Origin: Podarcis cretensis
Lineage: Eukaryota
Length of the DNA stretch: 64,000 nt
Assembly (NCBI GenBank): GCA_951804945.1
Contig: OX638154.1
Coordinates: 62,124,001 to 62,188,000 of the forward strand
Direction: 5' to 3'
Each line of letters starts with the position of its first letter. The first letter of the stretch is position 1. Of the stretch, positions 38,560 through 56,249 are shown one piece after another. The position numbers and the translations under genes were made by a program. Below the pieces are notes generated by a model. That model searched no databases. It saw only the letters and a list, made by a program, of their open reading frames with translations, and had not been told where the DNA came from.

Positions 38560-38960
38560 TTTCGGGAAAGACCCGTCCTGCGCCGTGCAGCAAATCTGCA
38601 GTCGCCCAGTTACATCCCCCCCCCCCCCGTGCCTCCTGCTCTTCCCCACCCCCTTCCATTCATCGCGGCGTCCGCCTGCAGAAAGGGCTCGCACTGCGCA
38701 GAGAGAGAGAGAGCTCCCCTCCTTTTCTCCTTCCTTCCTGCTGCCGCTGCGGTGTTTGGAAGGAGGCCTAGTCTGCTGGCAGCGCTTTCCCGGCCGGAGC
38801 GCGCGCTGAAAGGAATTCCTGAGGCCGCGATTGGTCCAGCGCTGGCCTCCGTGAGAACGGACCTCCTCCCCGTGTGTGTGGCTCCTATGCAAATTGCAGC
38901 GATTGCGGAAATCAGCGGGCTGGGAAGTGGGGGAGGGGAAGTCTGTCGAATCGATTGCAA
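38560..38960. promoter_or_regulatory. CpG island with inverted CCAAT and octamer
   Basis: CpG-rich. ATTGG 38830-34, ATGCAAAT 38887-94, GGGGAGGGG ~38929-38. Confidence 0.65.
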
Positions 38961-40684
38961 CTTCTGCAAAGTCTAACACAATCCAACGCACACAAGGCAA
39001 AGCCAGGGAGAGAGAGAGAATCTGAGAACCCAGCCAACCCGGCTTGGATCGCTTTCAAAAACAGAGAGGCTAGAGAGAGTCCATCACAAATCGTTTTGAT
39101 TCGGAAGGTGTCATTTATTTATTTATATTTTAAAAAGCTTACCCAGCAGCTTGGTAATTAACTACCTTTTTTAAAAAAAATCTTTATGATTTTCAGTTGC
39201 TACAAGTTTAGCTTATTTATTTTTTATGGAAAAGAGCAACGTATGAGAACTAATGATGAAGCCCATTGACTCGACCTTTTAAAGTTTCTCACGTACTCTT
39301 TATTTACATTGCAATGGTACGTGGACGCGTCTTCTTCAGCCTTTTATTTCCATGCTTTCAAAAACGGAAAAGAGAATGTGGTTGACGTGAGGTTTTAATG
39401 GCTATTGTATTGCAGATGTTTGCTTTGTAACCTGTTTTAATTGCTGCAAAGTAAGGTTTAACGGACTGCGTTTGCCCGTGTGCGCACTATATACCAGATA
39501 AGAGGCAGAGTGGGTGGGTTTTGCTGCGTGCACTAGACTTCTCCCCCCCCTCGCCCCCCAGCGATCTGAGAAAACCGCTGAGCTTGCTCGGTGTAACAAC
39601 CCCCCCCCCCCAAAAAAAGTACGTGCTCAGCTCTGTAAAAAGACGTCTGGGATCGGCAGCCAGCCCAACACAAAAGGAAGCGTCTAGACTAGGGATGTAA
39701 TTGACGAGCCCATTCTCTAATCAATGTAGCAAATGTCTATGATGGACTAGAGCGTCATCCAATAAGAGAACAGGCTGGATGTTGTAATGTTCGAAATATC
39801 CAAACTGGAAGGAGGTGGAAAAGAGCGAGTGGCGTTCGTCCCTCCCTCTTTAAAGTTCTCTCTGCTCGGCGCACCGAGGGATAGTTGGTAGCTGTCAAAC
39901 CAGCGCAGAGCTATATAATACATTTGGATTTTGCTGAGAGATCTGTAATAACAAAACCAAGTTTTCTCTCAGTGAAGGTGCATGGCGCGATCAGTTCTGC
40001 TTAACGTTGCATTCACCTTTGTGCTCTGTGATTGAAACCCTTGAGCGTTTCTGCAGCAACCTTGTCCCAAATATATACTCTGCTGTCGATATTTCTTATG
40101 CAGGAGAGGAGATGACACCAGTGAGGCCCCCCCTTTTATGACTGCACTGTTGTTTTTGTTTGTTTGCTATTTTATTCTGGTGTGTTCCGATCATCGCCTG
40201 GTTCGAACCACTGTTACTCGTGATTGGGGGCATCCTAAGATATGAAAGTGCTTTGGAGGAATCGAGGGTGTCCCCCCCCCTTAACATGATTACAGGTCCC
40301 ACTGATTGCACGGGGATTTACTCCCAAGTAGGCATGATTAGGGCGGAAGACTTCAAAGTGCTTTGGAGGACCCTGCCTGTTGAATTCTTCTTCATGATCT
40401 CTGTTGCAAACTATGCTTCTATGCTTGACCGTTGGATGAGTCCCTCGAACGTGTGTATGCACTGCGTATTGGGTAGGCGCGTCTGGAGTTTGTGATCCCC
40501 CCCTCTTCATTTACTGGGACCAGTCAAAGATAAACACTTTGAACTCTCGTTGTTGATCTGAGCTGCAGTTTTAGGCACTCACTTGACTACCGTTTAAATC
40601 AGTGGGACTGAGAAGTGCTGAACTCTGAATCTCACCCAGCGAGATTTGCTTATGTGAGGAGGAATTGTGAGAATTGTAAGATCC

Positions 40685-40686
40685 GT

Positions 40687-40747
<61 letters not shown>
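40685..40747. repeat. (GT)n(GA)n compound microsatellite
   Basis: Direct inspection. Confidence 0.95.
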
Positions 40748-40749
<2 letters not shown>

Positions 40750-40929
40750 TAAACGCGCGCACGGGTAGGTAGGTGGCATGATATATATTCCCTCTCTTCT
40801 CTTTCCTCCTTCCTGCACTGAACTCCAGAGAATTGGGAGAGTTAGAACTTGCTGGTTGGGAGCCAGGCTGGCTGTCTTTCTCTGGACCGGAGCTCTCAGT
40901 AGAAACCAAGTCCAACATAACCAACCACA

Positions 40930-41420
40930 CACTTGCGCTCGAAATAGCCTCTGGCAGCCCTTTCCGGTGTAAAACCCTCGCCTGCAGCCATGCAGGAGGT
41001 CCTTGAGTCCTCGAGCTGGCCAAGGCCAGGGCTTTCCGAAACGCTTCGGGAACTTCATCGCAGACTCCTTAAGCCCGCTCTTCTAAAGCGGAAGTTTGGA
41101 CGTCTTCTTCGCGCCGGGCAATGGACGCCAACGGGGCCCCCAGTTTCTCAGCGGCCAGGGCGCTCGAGTAGGCAGATCTCGCTTTAAGAGCCAAGGCAGC
41201 GAAATCCCCACTAGAAAAGTAGCTGCGAGGAAACTACCCCGCTCTGACTTTTTTCCGGGGGGGGGAACACTACCCCCAATTGCTTTAAAGTAAAGAAAAC
41301 TGCAATTGGGGGAGGAGAATGGCATGGAAAGTATCGACTAGTCGTGACTTCACTTGTCATTTGCCGGTGGTCGAGCGACTCTGCTCCGGAGCAAGCTCCC
41401 GCTTTCGACCAGCGGATAAA
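40930..41420. promoter_or_regulatory. CpG-rich segment upstream of the main promoter
   Basis: High CpG density, ETS-like CGGAAGT at ~41088, non-repetitive. Confidence 0.55.
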
Positions 41421-42406
41421 GATCTCTCTTGCCTAAAAAGTTTTTAAATCATATTAATGCGATTTCCCGTTAAGTCTCTCCTTGATATATATTCAAGATG
41501 GTCCGTATAAGTGAACCCTCCGCGACGTAATTTATATATCTAAGAGGATTTCACCGAGGCTGGCGAGGTAAAAGTTTCTGCAAATAAAACATGGCAAATG
41601 CAATGCCGGGCAGCGTGCCAGGTAGAATATGGATAGGAGGAGGGCTCACGGCAGAAAGTCTCTTCACAGAGAGACATATACCATTTCACGGTAGCAGCAG
41701 CAGCAGCAGCAGCCTATAGCACTTTTCGAAGTTCCCCTTTTAAAGAGACAATGTTGGCTTCAGCCAGATCTTCGTCTGCAATGTTTTTAATGAAGCGGGA
41801 TCCTCTAAGTGTATTTGACCGCCTTTCTCCCTCTCCCCCGCCTCCCCCGCTTCTTGTTATATCTCTTTTTATACCCTCGGGACGACGGACTTCCCCTCCT
41901 CCCCTCTGTGGGGGAATCTTCCTGAGGAAACCTTTTCGGGGGCTTGAAGCGAGGTTTGCGCCTCTTTTGAGGAGGAAAGCTTAAAGTTTATATTATGTTT
42001 GTGCCTTGCCCAGCTACACACTCGTGTGTGTGTATGTTTATGGGGGATCCAGAGGGCGCGCGCAGATGTGAGAGCATTTTTGTGTAGGCTTCTCGGGAGG
42101 GGGTGGGGAAGGCGAGGAGGGAGCGGATGTGCAAAGGCTCAGTGCCTGAACTTGGATGCAACGTCTGCCTAGAGGGCGCAAACAATCATCCCACGTCCAA
42201 AAGTCTTACGAAGGGCGCCAAAAGTTACTTAAGATAATATTCCTAACCACAAAGAGCTGGAAATCGTACGGCAAAGCCGTCTGCCAGCGACGGCAGCGGA
42301 GCCAAGGGCCCGATCCTGCCTCGCTGACAAATTAGCCTTCCCCTGTCTGCTTTGTGGATTAAGGGAAATCTTAAAACATCTCCCTAAGCATTCGTAGGGA
42401 TGCATA

Positions 42407-42443
<37 letters not shown>

Positions 42444-44599
42444 ATGTATATGGGATGAATACACACACAGAGAGAGGATTAATGTTTTATGGCACGTGAG
42501 ACTGGGAAAAGGTGAAAAACATTAGTATATGTGTAAAATGATTGTGTTCTCTCTTGCTAAAACATATCCCACAGACATTTGGGTCTTATAAAGTACCATT
42601 CCCAGCTAACTTGTCTGCCTAGTCATGCCACCATTCACACTATTCACACAACTATGCTGTAAAGTCAGGCTGGGCTACAAGTCTGTGGCTAAAGCAGTGG
42701 TGCATTTATTGCCCTGTTCACATTCTGCTGTCAGTTTCAGGACAAACACCCCTTTCTCAGTGTTTGTAGCAGCATCTCTGTACATTTTGAACAACTTGTG
42801 CATGGTGGCAAATGCGGTGACTGGTTGGCCTAGCCTGGTTAAGAGTAGGCACATGCAGGACTATCTGGTGACTACTATGTGGGAGCAGGCAGTGTGTATA
42901 CAATATGTAGGGAGCACAAAGGAGGTCAAGGTATGACTACCATTGGGCCACCAGCTACTCTTGGGAGAGAGGGGCAGATGAGTAAATAAAGGAAAGACAG
43001 AGCATGCTAGGGAACAAATTGAAAGTCATAAATCATAAGTGAGGTTTTTTTTTAAAAAAAAATCAGTACTTTAGTCACTTCTTTTTCCTCAGTGTTTTAG
43101 CTTTTTGTAAGACTGTCAGCCAGAAAGTTCTGTCAAGGAAACTTGGAAAGCTGAGAGATCCCAGAAAATGTTTAGTTGGGTGTGTTTCCATGTCATTATA
43201 TCACTGACAGGTATTGGGCCATTCTTTTTATTCTTTTTTTAAAAGGTATGAATGAAAACTGAAGGTAATTTTGCACTTAGCTTAGACATCTGCAATCCAC
43301 AAATGATAATTTTAGTGAAGCACTCAACTTGGGAAAAGGAAGGGCCTCCAGGAGATAAAAGTGATATAGTGACTTAGGCCTCCTCCCTTAATAGCCTTGG
43401 GCAATGTATTTTCCTCTAAAAGTCCTTGCAGTATTTTAAAACATTCTTAAATTCGAAACACCTAGATCTCTTGTCCACATCAGAAGTCATGCATACTGAA
43501 TGTGGTATGTCTTGTGGTATTCTCTTCCTCTTTACGCTTTTTTTTTTTAAAAAAAATTATGAATGGTTGTGAATATGCAAGTGTCTGAAAGCTGCAGCAT
43601 TTGGGGAAATGAAAGGAAGACTAGAGAGGATGCCACTTAGGAGACTGAAGAAAGACTAGAGAGAAAATGTAAGACTCAATAAAAGAAAAGTTGTCTGACT
43701 GGAAACTTTCCAAACCCCCAAAACCAAACCTTTCTTGTGCCAAAACAATGCATTATAAGATAAATAAAGGACAGAAGGCTCAATTCAAAGTTGAGCAACT
43801 TTAAGTAGTAACTTTATTGCTTGAGGGTTGCAGTGCAGTTTTGAAGCTGTGCATTATTAGTAAAATAAGCATCCTTGGCTATAAAGTGCCCTGAGTTTTG
43901 TTTTTTAACCGACATTCATATGCCAAGAGCTAGAAAGTTCTGAACAAATGTGTTTGGCTCTGCTCTCAGCTGGTGATCATGCTCTCATACAAAGCAGTCC
44001 ATACAAATATATCCACAATTATTAGAAGCCGCACACTTAATGCCTTATTAGCCTTCATATTTAAACAAAACAATGTAGAAAGCCCCACCCATTAGAGCTT
44101 TACTTGGGGACACGATTTCTGGAAAAACAATTTGCAAAGTTTCAAATCCACAGTGCGCCGCGACTTGTCTGCCAGCCCTTAGAAAAATGCTCTGTATCTG
44201 TATCTATATGCTTTCTATGGGTGCTACTGCTACTGTAAGATTTCGGAAAGCCTCTTTCCGCATGAGACTAATGGCGAAAGTTTAGTCCAAAGTCCTTAAG
44301 ACGATCTCCTTGAAGGTCTTGTGGATGAGGGTGGGGGTGGGGAGAGAAGTGGGGGTGGGGGAGAGCGAGAGCGTTCGTGGAGGGGGAGGGGAGCGCGAAA
44401 GCGGCAGAAATATGGAAAAGTAGTTTTGTTTGCTTAAGCACATCCTGCAGAGCCTCCCGCCGCTCGGGAGCCCTGCCTGCAAACGGCTCCTGCTGCCTGC
44501 GCTACCCAGTAATGCACTGAGAGCCTGGGCTCGGGGATCGGGAGGGCTGGCCGAGCAGTAGCACCGCAGCCCCCCTCCCCCGGGCAAGGCAGCGAGCGA

Positions 44600-44600
<1 letters not shown>

Positions 44601-44627
<27 letters not shown>
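44601..44627. repeat. (CTG)9 in the NFIA promoter island
   Basis: 27 nt of perfect CTG. Confidence 0.95.
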
Positions 44628-44630
<3 letters not shown>

Positions 44631-45040
44631 GAGCGGTGCAGAGCGGAGCAGCAGCAGGAGCAGGAGGCGCGCGGGCAGGTTCCCGGGGAAGCTGGAGGGA
44701 GCCGGGCGCTGTCGAGAGGCTGCCCGGGCTGCGAGCGCGGGGGGAAGTGCGCGCTATGCCTTTAACGCCCGGGCACAGGAGACATGTCTAGCGTGTAGGC
44801 TAGGGAAACTCTAGGCGGGGTTAAAGTTCAGCTCATGGAGCTGATCAGCGCTGCTGGCTGCAGTTGAGCAGAGTTGGAAATGTGAAAGCAAGAAGCAGGC
44901 TCGGCTCTTCCCCCCTCTTTCTTTCTCTCTCTCTCTTCTCTCTCCCCCTCCCTCCCTCTCTCCCTCCCTCCCTTTCTCTCTCTCTCTCTCTCTCCCTCTC
45001 ACTCACACACCTCCAAGCCACAAACCCCCCCGCAGCAACC

Positions 45041-45067
45041 ATGTATTCTCCTCTCTGTCTTACCCAG
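45041..45067 (+). CDS. NFIA: NFIA coding exon 1 (MYSPLCLTQ), phase-0 donor
   Basis: GCAACCATG Kozak context at 45041. Translates to MYSPLCLTQ, the canonical NFIA N-terminus. Ends at CAG|GTAAGA donor (GT 45068-69). Joins in frame to DEFHPF of exon 2. Confidence 0.96.
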
Positions 45068-51404
<6,337 letters not shown>

Positions 51405-54400
51405 TAATGACTTTTTCAACCAAATGATTAGGCTAATCTGTGCTTGCATCCACCATGCTGGTTGGCAGCGTGGCTGTGATAGTGGTTGAAGTTTAACCAG
51501 TAGTGGAGAGGATATAGACATCCTGTGTTGTATTACAAAGCTGTTAATAAAAGGTGATTGCAAAAACATGAGGGTTTTTTTACATTGTAACCTAACATTC
51601 TGCCTTTTTGAAGCTTTTTCATAAGGACGGAACTGTAGTATGAAGATGGAGACTGTATGTACAAAATATTTCTAGGCCTGCTTAAAGATTGGAAATGAGG
51701 GTACTGTGTATTTCTGAGTGATTATTTTGCTCAACATGTTCAAAGTTCACTATTTTGTGAGGAAATCAGTAATAACTATAAAAAAAACTTACAAGCCCAA
51801 TCTGTAATACAGTATGGTTAAATATCCAAAATTTGGCCGCCTTAAGAAAAAACACTGAGCACGCAGTGATGACTCCTCACAGATACACAAACTGTCGATT
51901 TTAATTGCCATTGGTAAGAAAACACCTGCCTAATGAAAGAGGGGGAAACAAAAATTTCCTGGTAACCTCCGCCTGTGGGTAGAATATTATTGCTTTTAAA
52001 GGATGGGTTGCTAGTTTAACACGTGAGATTCAGGAAAATGGATCATGCATTGTTTGCAACTGTACTTCTGGCTGTGACTATCATATACCCGCCACTAGTA
52101 ACAGATAAGTGCTGTTACTGATCAAGACAGTGTGCATTTTCCCGTAACCTTGTTTTAGTCAAATTCATAGTTTCTCAGTAATTAGGCCTAGCAGTTTCAA
52201 AGCAAGCCACTTGTCTCTCTGTGACTCAGACATTTCAATATTTCAGTTTGGATCAGATTGGAGAGGAAATTTAATAAGCTTAACAGTTTTAATTTGATTT
52301 AGCATTTTTAGGTGCTAGGTACATTGGTGGCTATTGGATGGTCTTATGGAAAATGGTAATTGGTCTTTGTTGTGTGACATCTTGTCATTCAGTAATGTTG
52401 TTGAAATCATTGGCATGTATGATTATGAAGAGGTTTTGTGGTTTTCTCCTAGAAAGGACGGCTTGCTTTAAGTTTGCAGATATACGTGATTCTGTTATTT
52501 GCATTGTGTACTTACGCTGAGTGACACGTCCAAAAATATTGGTGAATATGCGATGTGTTTCTGAAGTGCTGCGGTGTGGATGCTTTTTCATTTATTTTTT
52601 AAAAGAATAAATACCAGGGTTCAATTTGTTAATTAAGAACTGCCTATGATAGACTGTAGACCCAACTTCATTGTAGGATTTTCTGTGAGACTTTATGGAA
52701 AGCTGATGAATCAGTTAAAGATTTAAAATATGGATGCTTTCATTAAAAATGTTTGGTGCTAACAGCATGTTGCAAACTATCTTCATACATCTGTTGACTC
52801 AGGACATGCATTGTAGATTGATTTTGAAAATAATCCATGGCAGTTAATTGAAAGTAGTTGTTATATTGATTACAAATACTCGTAGCATCACCTTAACAAA
52901 GTTACTGTTATATATTAATGCAATCAGGCATAATATAATCAATTGCTTCCATTATGGAATATATATCTGGCAATATTCTGTGGTACGGTTATGTTGCTAT
53001 GCTAACAATATAGCCTAGTAAATCTGGTAATGATCACCTTTGTGAGCTTTGACTCTCTCTCTCTTTTTAAGGATGCCAGGGGTATTTTCATATATAGGTA
53101 AACTGCTTTTGGGGGAGTATTTGTGTTTGCAGATCCTTATAAAATGTGTTTTTTTACATCTTAACTTACTTTTTCCGCAGGTGTAATATATCACACTCTT
53201 TTTCAGTTCGTTTGTGTTGTAGAAAATATTTCAATGACGCTGTGTATTTGAGAACGTAGTAACAATTTGCATTACGATCGGACAACCTTCATTGGGGATA
53301 ATGGTTGTAGTTTCTTTCTTTTTTGCGCTGATGTATCCCAGACTCCTTTGTTAAACCTGAACGTTGGCCAAGTTAATAGTGATTGGCTCTTGCAGAGCTG
53401 CAGTAATGGAAACTTGTACTGTATGCGCAACAAGAGCATTTCAGAAGAAAATCTTAAAGGCCCTTTGTCTTCAGATCAACCTGATTTGCTTTAAAAGATT
53501 TACTGACCTTATAGTTATGCTGCGAAAGTTGCCAATAAAAATGTATAAAATAATAGGCAGGTTGATCAACGTATATACAGCTGAGCTGAGGGGTGTCTTC
53601 TATATCCCCAAAGGTCTGCAAACAGAAAATGTTTCTTTCTACTTAAAAGTTTTGAGAAGTTGCCAGTGTTGGCAAGAGGTTCAGACTCCAAAACGTGCTT
53701 TCAGATATTTGCCAAAACCATTGTGGCCTTTTCACTCAGAGTGCTATTATTTCGTGTACTGTTCCAAGATACTTTAATTCCTGATGATTTCTGCAGTATG
53801 ATGTCCCTTTCCTTCTTAAATATGTATTTATAACAATTGTGTGGAGGACTCTTTCCCTCCTTCTTCTTTGCCCCCTCCTTGTGCCAGGACATAGTCATTT
53901 GCAAGAAAATCATGTGCTCAAATCTAAACAATGCTCCTGCTTGCAAAGTAAGTCTGAGCCACAAAAACAAATTATTCTCCTAAGGAAATCATGTAGAAAT
54001 AGGGATGTAAAATATGACAATTATGTGAACTAGCTTGCAAAGATTGAAAGAAAACTGTGAATAAAAGAATTTATCAGCAAAGAGGTGGCTAAAGTACACT
54101 GAAATTAAAACATTGGTTTCAATTCGGAGTTTTAGCTTTCTTTTTTAAGGCCATCAAAATACAGTAGTGCTACCTTTAACTTTGGATTGCTTTTCCCCTC
54201 TTAGTTCTCTAGCCCATGTATCAAATGACAACTTGGAAACTGTTGTGACAAACAGTATTCTTTGTGGGAGTATAATACCAAAGTAAATTTATGACCAGCC
54301 CTTTACCAGATGATCTGTATCAGAATCTGCAATATACTTGGCACGTGGCAGGGTCACCATTTAAGTTGTTAGGGTCATAACCTTCGCCACCAGGCATTTG

Positions 54401-54769
54401 ACCTTTGAGATAAAGTTAACCTTTGTTCATTAGTAGGCACTCAAGCGAGAACTTCCTTGTTTTTTACTGCAGCAGAGCAACTTCAGCTAACATGATCACA
54501 TTGTAAAAGGGGATTCTAAGCTCAAGCACTGGGTTCTGTGAGAGGTTAAAGATTTCTCTTTGTTTTTTGAGGATATTTTAAATGGACAAAGCTAGCTTGT
54601 GTTTTGTCTGCCACATACAATAGCTGATGTTTTTGACCATTATCTGTTTTAGACATGGTTTTAACAGTATGAGCCTATGCATGTTTACTCAGAAGTAAGT
54701 CCCACAACCTTACTCTCTAGCAAGTACATGTATATTAAGGTTTGCAGCCTAAGCATAGCAAATGCTTTG

Positions 54770-54773
<4 letters not shown>

Positions 54774-54841
<68 letters not shown>
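54774..54841. repeat. (CT)n(GT)n compound microsatellite
   Basis: Direct inspection. Confidence 0.95.
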
Positions 54842-54847
<6 letters not shown>

Positions 54848-56126
54848 TTAAAAATGCTGAATTAAAATCTAAAAATCTGACCAAGATATAGTAATTGAAT
54901 TAGACCTTTTCCTATAGATTGTAATGCTATTAAGAACTGAAGCCAAAGTAATGACAAGGCTGATTTTGTTTTGGTAGCTGTGAAAATGTGTTTAGTTCTG
55001 GAGATAAGTGACAGTGTAATATAAAGAGCACCTTTTTTCATCTATAATAAACCAATATTGTATATTATTTTGGAGGGTGGTGATATTTACCCCATAGCTG
55101 GTAAAGAAGCACCATGTGAGTTAGTCGGTCATGAAGCATAGTGAGCTACCTTTGCAAAATTTTGGGCACCTTTGTTCTAAATCTGAAAGGTACACTGTAT
55201 ACTTCTAGTACAATTGATCATTATTGCAATCATCCTGCAATACAGAACATTTGGTATTTATCAGTAATGTAAAAGCTGTTGTAATAATTCTGAACACTTC
55301 AAACAGAGCTGGCACAAGATTTTGTAACCCTTGATAGCTTCCTGCAAAAAGTATATATATTCCATATAAAGTATTTCTGATCACACCACATTATTCCATA
55401 TGACTGTGACAGTGCATACTTTATTCTAATTACCGCATGTAGCCTTTTAAAAAATGTTCTTTTTAAAAATTCAGTGTTTGTTTCATTTAAATCAAAGGAA
55501 AATAATGTCATTTAGGTATGATGTGCTTTCATTGGTTTGTGACTGCTGTTGTCATTCTTTCATATGACTGTACAGTTATGCATGATTTGCTGATTAACCA
55601 GATGGCCATAGTAACAGATTGAGAACCTGCTCCCTATTACTAAAAAGCATGTGTAAGATCACAAAGGTTTTGAGTTAGAATGGTATGTGTTGGGTAAAAC
55701 AAGACTCACTAAAAAGAATTTCATATTCTATTATAAACCTAATCTATAGTTTTACTGCACATGTCTACTCAGAAAAAAGTGGGTTTAAGTTCAACAAGAT
55801 TTACACCCAGATCAACGTGTGAAGTTGCAGCCTAGTATGTAACCCTGTTTCATAGAGAACTTAACTTACACTTCATCATCAAGTGCATTGGATCCTCAGT
55901 AATGGAACCTTGAATACGTAGCTCTCTTTACCAAGATTCACTGTGTCCCCAGTGGAACTCCTATCTAGCATTCCCTTCATAAACAGCACTTGCTTTGATG
56001 CAATATCTTAATTTAGATGCCTTCTGGGCGGTCAAAACTTCATGAAGCACTGTTGAGCATGTGTAGCTCTGTTCTCTGCATAGCTGGAGAGAGTTCCATT
56101 TGTGAAATAAGGTTGTGTACCTAGAG

Positions 56127-56249
56127 CAGGTGGGGGAAACCTCCAGCCCTTCAGAGGTCATTGAACCATGTGCCACTGGCCAAGCTTGCTGGGGCTGATG
56201 AGAACTGTGGTTCAGCAGCCTCTGTAGTGCCAAAGGTTTCCCACATCTG
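56127..56249. mobile_element. Short hAT-type MITE
   Basis: CAGGTGGGGGAAACCT / AGGTTTCCCACATCTG. TSD ACCTAGAG / ACCTTGAG. Confidence 0.75.

Noticed and set aside
42045-42180. Two AGAGGGCGC CTCF-like half matches
   Set aside because: The 5' half of the core (CCAS) is not matched; expected by chance in GC-rich DNA.
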